Shown here in pieces: positions 39,620 through 52,640 of a DNA stretch of 63,865 bases. Source of the stretch: Octopus bimaculoides. Lineage: Eukaryota. The position numbers and the translations under genes are program-made. Below the pieces are notes generated by a model. The model saw nothing but the letters and a program-made list of their open reading frames with translations, ran no database searches and had not been told where the DNA came from. The stretch lies in contig NC_068985.1 in assembly GCF_001194135.2 (NCBI RefSeq), positions 29,279,268 to 29,343,132 of the forward strand. The letters run 5' to 3'. Within the stretch, counting starts at the first letter, position 1, and each line of letters starts with the position of its first letter.

Positions 39620-40507
39620 NNNNNNNNNNNNNNNNNNNNNNNNNNNNNNNNNNNNNNNNNNNNNNNNNNNNNNNNNNNNNNNNNNNNNNNNNNNNNNNNN
39701 NNNNNNNNNNNNNNNNNNNNNNNNNNNNNNNNNNNNNNNNNNNNNNNNNNNNNNNNNNNNNNNNNNNNNNNNNNNNNNNNNNNNNNNNNNNNNNNNNNNN
39801 NNNNNNNNNNNNNNNNNNNNNNNNNNNNNNNNNNNNNNNNNNNNNNNNNNNNNNNNNNNNNNNNNNNNNNNNNNNNNNNNNNNNNNNNNNNNNNNNNNNN
39901 NNNNNNNNNNNNNNNNNNNNNNNNNNNNNNNNNNNNNNNNNNNNNNNNNNNNNNNNNNNNNNNNNNNNNNNNNNNNNNNNNNNNNNNNNNNNNNNNNNNN
40001 NNNNNNNNNNNNNNNNNNNNNNNNNNNNNNNNNNNNNNNNNNNNNNNNNNNNNNNNNNNNNNNNNNNNNNNNNNNNNNNNNNNNNNNNNNNNNNNNNNNN
40101 NNNNNNNNNNNNNNNNNNNNNNNNNNNNNNNNNNNNNNNNNNNNNNNNNNNNNNNNNNNNNNNNNNNNNNNNNNNNNNNNNNNNNNNNNNNNNNNNNNNN
40201 NNNNNNNNNNNNNNNNNNNNNNNNNNNNNNNNNNNNNNNNNNNNNNNNNNNNNNNNNNNNNNNNNNNNNNNNNNNNNNNNNNNNNNNNNNNNNNNNNNNN
40301 NNNNNNNNNNNNNNNNNNNNNNNNNNNNNNNNNNNNNNNNNNNNNNNNNNNNNNNNNNNNNNNNNNNNNNNNNNNNNNNNNNNNNNNNNNNNNNNNNNNN
40401 NNNNNNNNNNNNNNNNNNNNNNNNNNNNNNNNNNNNNNNNNNNNNNNNNNNNNNNNNNNNNNNNNNNNNNNNNNNNNNNNNNNNNNNNNNNNNNNNNNNN
40501 NNNNNNN
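39620..40507. other. Largest assembly gap (888 N), flanked by (TA)n; could hide an exon
   Basis: Run of N. Smaller gaps at ~6085, 6769, 6964, 8140, 20328 and 47920. Confidence 0.98.
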
Positions 40508-40552
<45 letters not shown>

Positions 40553-43500
40553 TTCACACATACACACGAATGTATACACACACACAAGTTTCAATAGTTT
40601 TCACTTATGATTTCTATTTACAAGGCATTGATCATCCTGAGGTTACAGTAGAAGATTGCTGTCCAAGATGCCATACAATGAGCTAAAACTCAAAACCACA
40701 AGGTAACAAAGCAGACTCCATATCTACACATCCTGCCTGCACCAATATACACATGTGTACAGGTGTGTGTGTGTCCCCGTCTGTCTGTGTGTATTCATAA
40801 GTGTATTAGTGTGTACATGAATGACTAATTTGGTGTGCTTTCAGATGGTACTATTTGGGTAACAATGATGCTGTGTATGTCTAGTTTGAATGCAATGGTT
40901 ACAGGAAGGACATCCATTACAGCTTCAATAAGTCACATCCAACAGAGTGATAATGATATGTATAAAATATGTTAAACATCATGGCCTATGTAAACGCCAA
41001 TTTGATATTTGAGAAGAACAAGCCCGCTGACAAAACTTGAAATAACCCCCCCACACACACACACACACATTTCTGGGTGATTACATTACTGATAACATGT
41101 TATCAGTAATGTAATCACACAACATGATAGTTACATCATTTGATTCTCATTTATGGGTTTATTGGCCTGCTTCCTCAAATTTCTTTTTATGTAATATTAT
41201 TTGTACAATTATTTAAAAATCTGAGCTGTTAGCATGTCGGAGAGGGAGAGAGAGACTTGGTGGGATGTGTGTACATCTGTTAAAAGAGAAGTTTTTGTTT
41301 CAGATATACAACTGAGAACAATATTCTATTTCTAATTTTTCATTACTTTATTGGAAGCTTATCAAGTTTGCCTGAGTTTATTTCATAAATATATTAATGT
41401 TAAATGACACCATGAGGACATTTAGGCTTAAAAATAAAGGGTGCTCTAAGTACTTTCCTTTAGGGTTTCAATAGGATATTATAGGAAGAAATTTGGACAT
41501 GTATAATGGGTGTTTCAAGTGATAGGGTGTCCTGCAAAATTAGTCTTGACCATTGTGAGTTATTCTATACATGATGTCAATGCATGTTACTAGTGCTTTT
41601 CTATAAAGAGTTGTAAAAATATAGAATAATACTTCCCTATTAAAAATGTATATTCATCCTATAGAAAGACTGTGGTAACAGCATAAACCATTTAACATTT
41701 GTGTTTATGAAATTTATAGCTTTCAAGCTCTATGTATTTTACAGTCAACATTAAAAATGTATATATGTGTTTGAATGTAGTGTATAAATGTTTTAATTTT
41801 TGGTATGCACACTATGCTTGTTGTGGGGGTACTGATAATATTGTGGGGTAGTGATAATTCTACAAAAAGCTAGATTGTGATATATTCGATTTATTGAGAC
41901 AATTTACTTCACTTAATGTGATTTCTGGTTGTACTCAAAAGCCAAAAGAACAATGGACTCTGCTAGGCTGACTAGTCCATGATAATGATAAAGTCATTAG
42001 CAGATGCCAAATAATCCATTAAGTGCTATGAGATATTTTCATTTATTTCATTTATTCTAAATGCATTGCCGATGATGATGATGCCATTGCAATAATTGTT
42101 TAGCTTTAATTCAGTCCACCTTGAGCAGAACTATGAACAAAGGTGTCTTTATGATGCATATTTCCTCTTTTCTTTAGGCATAGCATATTTGAAACTACAT
42201 TATTATTATTATTATTATTATTACTATTATTATTAATTTTTTTAAAAATTAGTGAGATCAATATAATCAATGTTCCTCTTGAACAGCTTACAAATTAACA
42301 GCAGCAGGAAAATATGAACAAAGTGGGAATTTCAAATGCTTAACATCCTAAGAAGTGGAAGTAGCACTTAATGCAGAGCCAGGAGGAGTGGACGCAACAT
42401 GGATGATAAAAGGAGTAGAAACAAACAAACAAAAACACACCCACAAAAATAAAAAATAAAACCCAGCTAGTTTGAAACCTGAAACATTCTAGGTCTTCTT
42501 GTTTTGCAACATTTTTTTCTTTTGTGAGATGTTCAAGAATAAGAAGCTAAAATAATCTGTGCATATCTGCCCCTAAATTAATGGAGATATCAATCAATGT
42601 ATGAAGGTGAGACAACGACGCTAGTATCAACAAGTAATATGAATGGAAGATATGGAAAGAAGTGATGAGATCAGATATCAAGAGGTTGGGCATTGTAGTC
42701 AAGATATGACAAAGAATCTTGACAAATGGTGATACACTACATGGCAAACTGATCCACCCTCAGTCTGTGTGGAAAAATTAACATAATGACTTTATTGCAA
42801 AGAACTTTCAAATTAAATGTTGCATGTGAAGTATATCTTCAGAATTTGTATCATATTTTACTAGCAATGCATCCCTGTGCTGCCCTGGTGCTATGACCTC
42901 CAGGCACATTGTATTATTTGCTCCTTTCTTATGGACAGAATCGGCACAGCTGATATATAATTTATGGCATAATAGAAGTTATTGTTTGTTCAAAAGTGAA
43001 GGGGGAGGGTACAATTTGCATGGGTTTGCATGAAAGTGTTTTCTGCTCTTAAAATGGATCACAAACTATGTATTGTTTCATCATATAAAAGGGGGTTCAT
43101 ACGATTTTGTCCAGAAATATTCTCAAAATTTTAATTTTCCTTCATCCTCACTACAATTTCTTAATTTGTAACTTTTCTTTTTTTTTTTTTTTTTATCTAT
43201 GTAGAAAAATACAGAGATTACAGATCTGGGAAATACATATATTTTTTATAGTTTAATTTTTCTTAAAGAAACACTCAATGCCCCTTCTACCTTGCTCACC
43301 CATCACCCACCCTTTTCACTTTTGTCTGATGTTTCCTGCATGCGTAGAATTCTACTGAAATAGCAAACTTAAAAAATACCAGACCACCACCAGTAAACCT
43401 GATTTGCTAAAAACAACAGGTAAATGACATTATTTCTGAAGAAACTTCCCCGCTTTCCAAAAAGCTAAAAGTGAAACATTAGAAGTGTGTAGCTTTTTGA

Positions 43501-45769
43501 AAGTGAGGTGAGGGATAAAATTCTTAAAGGTTCGTACTCTGTTTTTTCTCCATGGATTATCAAGAATAAAAATTTGAAAAAAGTAAAAAATGAATTTGGT
43601 GTGGAGAGGGAGAAAATTAAAATATTGAGAACATGTTTTGTGGGTGAAATCCTAATGCTCTGTATTGCAAACATAGGAATCTGAACAAATTCAGGAAAAT
43701 AATAAGGCATGAGAGAGGAAATGTCACCTTGGACATGCTAGAAAGAAGAGGTAAAGGACAGGATTTCTGGGAAAACTTTCTTTTAAGCTTATATCGAAGA
43801 TCAGGTTTTTATATACGCTCATCACAAACGGAAATTACACAATAGAAAAAGATCATTTCAATTGAATTTGAGCTTTAAATTTGTGCATGCACACTGCAAA
43901 AAATAACATAATTTGCACAGAAGTTTTACATAGAGTGTGTGTATGTGTGTGTATATGTGTGTGTGTCAAAGGAAGTTATTTTATGGCATTCTTTTGTTTG
44001 AAGAAACAAAGTTGTCAACTCGAGATATATGGAATCATGTGATTGTTCGTTAAGTTCCGTAAAATTCTTTTAATTTATTGATGCTTTGAAGAGAGCAGAA
44101 ATTGAAAGAGAAGACAAAGAGAAAGAGGAATGCATAAGGAACACACACACACACACACACATACACACACACACTCTCTTTTATATATAGATAGATATAT
44201 TGTGTGTAGTAATATTAGTGAGATGTATATTTTTTGACATATCATGGGAGATGAAAATGTCTTGCATGGAATGTGTTAGTAGACATTGTGCATGCAACCC
44301 ATCCACAAATAGTAATAAAGTAACAATGATAATGTGCACGTATAAGACTCAAGCAACTAGTTAAAACTAAAATAAGCACAACCATTTTCACAGATCTCAC
44401 TTCAGAAACCCAATATCTTGCAAATGGTCTGATCATCTAAAAACGGTCAACCTATTTTAAACAAAAGCTCAAATTTAAATAGCACAAAAATAAAATAAAC
44501 AAAAAATGCTCAATACTCAAACAATGTTAATACTGAAGAAAATTAAGATGACGAAATTCTATACTGAAAACTAATCTCAAGATTAAGGTTAAAACATTGA
44601 CTGAATCAGTATTTGACTAATGTTTTAATAGCTTCATACTGAGCTTTGTATGTCATATAAAATGTAGAATGATCTATTTGATTCAATATCAAATGCATTA
44701 ATAAATATGCTACACCAATTCAAATGTTTCCATATATACTTCAGCACAATTTGTCTTTGGAAACAACATTTCAAATAAGAATCTGTATAATAATAAAGAA
44801 ATAACATCTCTTCACAAATAGATTTCAGATTACAACACAAATTTAAAAGTTTTATATTTAATATGTCAATTTTCATGGTAATGTGCAATATAGTTTCACA
44901 GATTCATAAATTTTGATACATATATAGATTCTTAGGCCAGGAGATGTTCATGTTTTTCACTGCAGCTGTGTAGTTAATAAATTTGTTTTGAAACCATGTG
45001 GTTCCAGATTCAATACTACTTTGACAGCTTAGACAAGTGTACTCAACTGTAGCATTGCATTGATCAGTTGAAGCATTTAATAACAGAACATCGTTAGTGC
45101 CACAACTTAAAACTGAGAAAAATGCAGTCAAAGTTTCATGACATTCAGAATGTGATATCTTGGCAAGGAATGAAATTAGGAAGCTGGTTCTGGTCTTAAA
45201 ATGACTGTGAAGACCTCCTCTACTCATTCCACCTATGTAAAATTATTTCTTTATGTATGCATCTGAAAGATGAAACAATGGCTGCGTCTTTCTCATTCTG
45301 TAGAATATACCAATACTACAAAACGGTGTATCGTATTGCATATTTTAGTTATAATACCTAGAAAAAAACATATGGTAATGAGGAATATTAGAAGATGAAG
45401 CCGTAACACCTCAAAAATCTATACAGGGACAACACCAAAGTTATTGATTGAGCATGTGTGCTTACAATGGTGTGTTACTAAACTCTCTGGTCTGAGTTTG
45501 AGTGAGTGTCATGTCAATAGCGTCAAGGTACAATTTTTTTCAGCCGGATTTTCGACCTTATTGCAAGCCTGACCAGTTCTTCCTCCCAAGTTTTTCAGAT
45601 TCTAGACGTTGAGACAAAGAAAATGATACACTAAGCTCGAAAATGGCCGGGGTGGTGCTTATGATACACTGTCACTAAATGCCTCAATTACATGTAAGTA
45701 AAATTTTATAAACAAAATTTATTCAAATACCAATCATATATGTGTGTGCATGTGTGTGTGTGTATTTAT

Positions 45770-45995
45770 ATCATCAATATCATTTACATCCATTTTCCAT
45801 ACTGGCATTGGGTTGGATAGGTGATTACAGTCTAAGTCAGTCCTTGTTTAGAGTTAGTGTCCTCTTAGATTGGTCAGAAAACCATGCCTTGTTTGTATAT
45901 TCCATTCTCGGTATGATTTCTACAGTTGAATATGCTTTCTAACACCAGTCCTTTTAAAAAATGTACTGGTGCATTTTATTGTGGCACCAGTACTT
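45770..45995 (-). mobile_element. SINE family A decayed copy
   Basis: Reverse-complement tail and degenerate core. Confidence 0.65.
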
Positions 45996-46847
45996 GAGGG
46001 ATATAACAACAAGAGTCGTCCTTCACACTGTCTCTGTTCAAATGCCAGCCATTTTACACCAAAGATGTTGCCTTGTTTTCTGCAAAACTAAGGAGTTCTC
46101 TCCAATCTCTGTAGTCTCTCTACTTTTTAGGCAGTTGACCAAGTATAGAAGGAGAGTAATAACCAAAAGTGTGAAAGAGGAGAGCCTATCAGTATGAAAG
46201 CGACAAGGGGAAAACAGGAGTAATAGGATTTTATATAAGTGTGTGTGTATGTGTGCGTGTGTGTATATGTGCGTGTGTGTTTGGTGATGTGAACAAGAAA
46301 ATAGAATTCAAAACATGAGTGTATATATGTATATATATTTATAAATAATCAGCAGAAGTTACAGAATGACTCAAAAGCCAGAGTTTCATATGTTGATTAT
46401 TAATAATGATAAAAAAAACCCCCAAATGGACAGACAGGTGTAGTTAGGGAGATAGGCAAAGATACTACTGTATGTGGGGTGGTTAAGTTTATCTTGGCCA
46501 AATGATTAATAAGATCACTTTACAACAAGGCCCCGTGTTCAATTCTAATGCATGGCATCTTGGACAAGTGTTATTTTCTACAGCTACGGGCCAACTCATA
46601 CCACATGAATGAAATTGGATAGATGGAAACTATAAAGAAACCCAGCAGATATACTATATCTAATATAAAGGTACATCCCTGTAAACTGCGTCAAGGTGAT
46701 TCTGTTTGAGAATTACATTAAAGGTGTATGTGTTTGTGGAACACTCAGCCACTTTACAGGCTGATTCAAATGTGCAAGTACTTCAATTGATCAAATCCTC
46801 ATCATTGAAACCAATGGAGGTGTGAGTTTGTGTTTATTTGTAGATAT

Positions 46848-47070
46848 ATCATCATCATCATCATCATATAACATCTGTTTTCCATGCTGGCATAGGTTGG
46901 ACAGCTTGACAGGAGCTGACAAAGCCAAGTGTGTGTGTGTGTGGGGGGGAACCAGGTTTCATACCAGGTCTTGGCTCAGTTTCTGCAGCTGTTTGCTCTT
47001 CATAACTCCATCCACTTTACAAAGTGTACTGAGTGCTTTTTACTCGGTACCGATGCTTTTTACATGCCAC
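46848..47070 (-). mobile_element. SINE family A copy
   Basis: (CAT)n, tttccatgctggcat..., tttctgcagctg core. Confidence 0.75.
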
Positions 47071-47691
47071 TGCACTTTTATATTACGGCATTTGATTTGA
47101 CAAAGTATGTAGGAATTTGTGTTGTTATGATCTCATTGCTGTCTTTAATATTTTTTGCCTCTGCTCTTTTGCTCATTTCAACAATTATTGGAAACAATTA
47201 ACTATAGTGAGATGGCAGGTGATATCTGATAATTTTTTTTTTCACTGTAACTATTCTGAACAGATAACATTATTAGTGTTTTCTTATGTTACTAAGTACT
47301 TAAATTTAAATTTGTACTTCTCCTGTGAACTGTTCAATGCAACAAAATGAAAAACTGTTGATTAAGATGTTGATCCTTATCTTCAATTTGTTAATCCCTT
47401 TATTCATTTAACTGACAGATGGATTACAACAGTCATTTTAATAACATTACAGAGTAAAGATAAAGTGAAAGGATAAAAAAGTTTTGAAGTGAGTAGTGCA
47501 AAAGAGAAAAGAAAGTAAAAGATATTGCCCCAGGGAATTTTAAAGAATGGAAACATGTAAAGAAGGTGGGCTGGAATATCACGAACAGTAGTAACATGAA
47601 AATTTAAGCAGTATATAGTACTACTTTGTCCTTGTTATAATAGAGGATCTGTAAAACATGTTATCAGTCAGTGAGTTAGGTGTCATGTAGC

Positions 47692-47919
47692 ATCATCATC
47701 GTCATCATCATCGTTTAACGTCCGCTTTCCATGCTAGCATGGGTTGGACGATTTGACTGAGGACTGGTGAAACCGGATGGCAACACCAGGCTCCAGTCTA
47801 ATTTGGCAGAGTTTCTACAGCTGGATGCCCTTCCTAACGCCAACCACTCAGAGAGTGTAGTGGGTGCTTTTACGTGTCACCCGCACGAAAACGGCCACGC
47901 TCGAAATGGTGTCTTTTAT
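47692..47919 (-). mobile_element. SINE family A, young subfamily, truncated by an assembly gap
   Basis: Close reverse complement of 62180-62396; CpGs retained. Confidence 0.9.
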
Positions 47920-48781
47920 NNNNNNNNNNNNNNNNNNNNNNNNNNNNNNNNNNNNNNNNNNNNNNNNNNNNNNNNNNNNNNNNNNNNNNNNNNNNNNNNN
48001 NNNNNNNNNNNNNNNNNNNNNNNNNNNNNNNNNNNNNNNNNNNNNNNNNNNNNNNNNNNNNNNNNNNNNNNNNNNNNNNNNNNNNNNNNNNNNNNAGAAA
48101 AATCTCTACATGCAAGAAATCAACAAAGTAAGTGCTGGTAAAGCTGTATGGTTCAGAAGTCTCCTTCACAACCTGTGGCTCAGTTTTACCAAACGCTTAA
48201 GGTTGACCATTGCCTTGTGAGTGGAATTTGGTCAACACAAACTGTGTAGAAGCCAAGAGAGAGAAGGGGGAGTGTGTGTGGGTGTGTGAGGGGGGAGAAA
48301 GAGGGTGAGTTTATGTGTGTACGGGGGGGGGGGGTTACAAACATATATCAGCAAAACATGTGAATGTTAGTGAAAAACTGAAAAACCAGTATTTCATGAA
48401 TGAAGTTCCCCATTACATTTCTTGTTCAGTGAGTAACATAAGATGATCTCTTGTCATTCTTGTTATTAGAAATATAAGGAACCAATGATTTGGCCTAGAA
48501 GAAACCTGGAGCCAATGACACTATTGTTTGCAAATAGCAATATAAAATAAAAATAAATAAAACAGGCTAGGTCAACATCTTTAAGATATATAATGAAATT
48601 TTATTTTTTTTAATATGGGGATTGGGAATAAGCTCTCTAACCTTTTATGTACCAACAACATTTCTAAGAAGAAAAAGAGATTATGTAGGGATAGTCTAAA
48701 AGGCAGGTGGTAGAGAGTCAACTGTTGCCGCAGGCAACAACAACATGAACAGCAGTCTATATGAACAACTGGTCAGAAAAG

Positions 48782-48990
48782 TCATCATCATCATCATCAT
48801 TTAAAGTCCATTTTCCATGCTGGTATGGGTTGAATGGTTTGACAGGAGTTGGCCAGCTGCAAAGCTGCTCTGGCTCCATGTCTGTTTTGGCGTCGTTTCT
48901 ATGGCTGGATGCCCTTCTTAACACCAGCCACTCTACAGAGTGTACTGAGTGCTTTTTATGTGGCATCAGCACCCACAAGCCCGCAAGATT
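48782..48990 (-). mobile_element. SINE family A copy
   Basis: (CAT)n plus tttctatggctggatgcccttc core. Confidence 0.82.
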
Positions 48991-51540
48991 AGGAATGCTT
49001 TTGTGTAACAATGGAACATGGGCAATAAATGTAGAGGATCAAGTAAAATAGGAGAACTTTTATGAATCAATTTGATGGCTCAATACAAATTTGAGAGAAG
49101 TGCTGAGCATGAATTCTGAAAGTAATTGAACAGTAAAAGCATTGTTGATTGTTTGGGAGATAATGTACTGATGTGATATGCATGATGTATGTTGAATAGT
49201 TTGGGTAGAAGTTATTAGAGGTGGGATGTACCCCCCCCCCCACCACCACCACCATACACACACCAAAAAAAAAAATATCAAAATGAAGTAGCAACATCAT
49301 TTTTGAAAAGATTACACTTCATAGATAAAGTGAAGCAAAAAAAAAAAATGAGATGAGAACACATGTAAAGATGCTGCCTTAACTTTAAATTAATCTTTTT
49401 CAGAATCCAAATTGAATGTCCAACATCATAATGATTAATCCTGTATGCTATTGCGATAACAACAAAACGCTTTGGTGCAAGTTTTCAGTACAATTGTAAC
49501 ATTCAATTAGTTTATAATTAAAGAATAAAACTGAAGACAAAAGAAAATAATTTAATCACATTTAATCAGTTTCACTAACAATTATCAAGGATAAATTTTC
49601 AGTCTTAATGTTTATTAGAAATCAGCAGTAGAGTTAGTTTCTTTTCTCTTTTTTTTTTTTTTTTATTATCATTTTCAAAATCATAGCTGATTTATCATAG
49701 ATGTGTTTTGAGAACATGAACAATTTCCTTCCACCTGTAAAAGATTATTCTTTCTAGAACATGCAACTGTCAAATTATAGATTGAATTTTAATATCAAAT
49801 CTAGTTTCTTAATTTAGTTCTATTTAATATGCTGTTTAAAAGAGTAAAATTTAATTATAGAAATGGTTGCAAAATTTGCTTTGTGGAGTGCACATTTGTG
49901 AATATAGGTAGCAGTGTATCCCTCTTTAATTCATAGTTTATGCAGTTATTCTCAGTCACAATTTATACTAACTGATCAATATAATTCTTATCTAAACTTT
50001 ATCATGGAATTACATAAACCAAATTTCTTATTACAGTATGAAATAGCAATTTTTCTGTTGAAAGCCCTTCCATGTTTGGAGATATGTATACGGCTTTCTC
50101 ACAAATGTAACCACACTGAAAATGGTCAACAGACTTTTTGTTTTAACCTCTTATTAATGTGTTGCAAGAAATCAAATCTAAGCTGAGTCAGTATAATTTA
50201 ATCTTTTATCATTTTTTAAGAATAAATTTCGTGGCATTGAATGACACATTCACATTTCTCTTAACATTGAGAGATTACCAAGAATAATCTTAAAAGTATC
50301 TGGCCCTCAGGGGCTTGTCTTTAGGGACATACATACATACATAATTTTAATTAGTCATTATCATGAACACCAAACATCAAGCTTTTTAGTATGACAAATA
50401 TTTTTGTGTTTTCATTTATTTTTAATACAGTTAGTCGTATTTCTAAACTCTAGATTGGAAACTAAAATTCATTATATTCACACACAATTATGTAGAATGT
50501 TGTTATATACATGTCTTCATTGACATGAATTGTAAATAGAATATTGTTTGATGTTCATTGGTTTATAATAGATATTTGTGCATTATGTTTTCTTGTTTTT
50601 AAATTAGAAATCCATTTAAGTCCACAGCCTCTGGCTGAAACAAGTGTAAGTAAAAGACTTGATTCTATTTCTAAAATAAGGAATAGTTGGACATTGTTTA
50701 AATTTTTCAGTATGAAATAAGCATCAAAGAATTATTTCCAGCTGGTTTCAATGTATATATTTAGAAATTTGTAAAAAAAATATTTTATCACAATGTTTAT
50801 AGAATAAGAGAGAGAGAGAGAGAGAGAGAGTGTTTGTGTTTATTCATGTATGTAGCTACACACCAGATGAATCCATCACAAAGCATGTGTATTGTGTCTT
50901 AATTTATATTGCAATCAGAAACAATCTGCTGCAGCTTCTCTTTTATTCTCTCTTACATATACATATATTTTCACCATACAGTGTTTAATACTAAGAAAAA
51001 AATATATTCTGTTCAAGTATGATCACTCCAGGTGAGCAATACATAAGCCGATATGTCATCATAAGTCTGTTTAATTGCTAAGAAATTTATGGTTATAAAT
51101 TCATCAAGCTCTGTATTTTGCCAAACTATTTGGATACTGAAAGGCCAAGCAAATATCAACAAGTTCTACCTATCACTGATACTGAGCTATATCTCTGACA
51201 GTTTCACTCAGGTGTCAATGGCTCAGAGCAAAAGAGTATAACTGACAAATGTTTTGTTACATTTCAATGTTATTTTCAAATTTGTTTTTATATGGAGAAA
51301 AATTGCAATATTCCAGGATTCCTAAGTGCAGAAGAAAGAAATACCTTTCAACTGATTATCACAATGAAAGGTGTTATAACTTCTGCCTTATTTTAATTCG
51401 AGAGGTCACTTCTCAAGAGCAAAAGCATCACTATTAAAAGATATTTTCAAACTAAGTCCTATAAGATCTTTCACATCCCACTAAATCTCAACACACAGAA
51501 TCTAGATATTTCTAACCTTAGCTATGATTATATCATAAGG

Positions 51541-51855
51541 GCCACTGACTGGCTCCCGTGCCAGTGGTATGTAAAAAAAAAAAGCACCATTCGAGCATGG
51601 TCATTGCCAGTGCCACTGGACTGGCTCCTGTGCAGGTGGCACATAAAAAGCACCATTTGAACGTGGCCGATGCCAGTACCACCTGACTGGCCCTCGTGCT
51701 GGTGCCCACTACACTCTCAGAGTGGTTGGCATTAGGAACGGCATCCAGCTGTAGAAACTTTGCCAGATCAGATTGGAGACTGGTGCAGCCTTCTGGCTCG
51801 CCAGCCCTCAGTCAAACCGTCCAACCCATGCCAGCTTGGAAAGCAGATGTTAAAA

Positions 51856-51897
<42 letters not shown>
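51541..51897 (+). mobile_element. SINE family A copy with internal tandem ~65-70 bp modules and a long (GAT)n tail
   Basis: About 2.5 repeats of ccactgactggctcc..gtgg..taaaaagcaccat..gccagt precede the core. Confidence 0.85.
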
Positions 51898-52249
51898 ATA
51901 CATTTTCTAATTGATCAAGTATGCATAGAAGATTATTACATTATCATGTGGTACGTTGATAGCAGAATCTGTAAAGTACTGGACAAAATACCTTTAGTTA
52001 TGCCCCTGTATGTTCTATGTTCAAATCCTTCTCAGGTCAATTAGGCCCTTCATCTTTTCAGGGTTGATTAAATAAGCATCAGTGAATAAAAATCAATACT
52101 ATAGCCTAAAAGGTGGTGTCCAAGAATGGCTATAATCCAATGACAAAAATTTGTAAAAGAATAAAAGAATGTGTATATGGTGTCAATTACATCAAATATT
52201 CCCTTAAAAAACATGAAGGAAACCATAATAATAATTATCATTATTTGGA

Positions 52250-52460
52250 CAGTAGATTAGCAGAATCATTAAAGCATCAAACAAAATGCCTTGTGGTATT
52301 TGTTCCAGTTTTTTACATCCCGGGTTCAAATCTGCTGATGTCCACTTTACTTTTTATCTCTTTGAAGTCAATAAAAACAAGTACCAATAAAGCACTGGGG
52401 TTGATTCACCTGACTAACTCTCCCTTCAAATGTCCAGCCTTGTGCTTATGTTAGAAACAA
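52250..52460 (+). mobile_element. SINE family C copy
   Basis: tagcagaatcattaaagcatc...gggttcaaatc...agtaccaataaagcactggggttgat. Confidence 0.72.
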
Positions 52461-52477
52461 TTATTATAATCACTATA

Positions 52478-52640
52478 GGCGTAGGCATGGCTGTGCGGTT
52501 AAAAAGTCTGATTCCTAACCAAATGATTTCAGGTTCAGTCCCACAGCATGGCACTTAGGGTAAGTGTCTTCTACATAGCCCTGGTCTACTGAAAACCTTG
52601 TGGATCTGGTAGAGAGTAAATGAAAGAAGCCAATTGTGTG
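52478..52640 (+). mobile_element. tRNA-head SINE 5' part (ggcgtaggcatggctgtgcggtt...caggttcagtccca...aagtgtcttcta)
   Basis: The same head family occurs at ~4790-4940(-), 36200-36345(-), 40600-40720(-), 46480-46640(+), 58910-59040(+) and 62420-62465(+). Confidence 0.75.

Noticed and set aside
39568-40594. Longest ORFs in the supplied track (339 and 327 aa), plus those at 8131, 20243-20562 and 47767-48220
   Set aside because: They consist of N runs and dinucleotide repeats.
44904-45227. 107-aa minus-strand ORF (MSRGGLHSHF...)
   Set aside because: Its 3' half overlaps a decayed tRNA-SINE head, and there is no homology or suitable donor.
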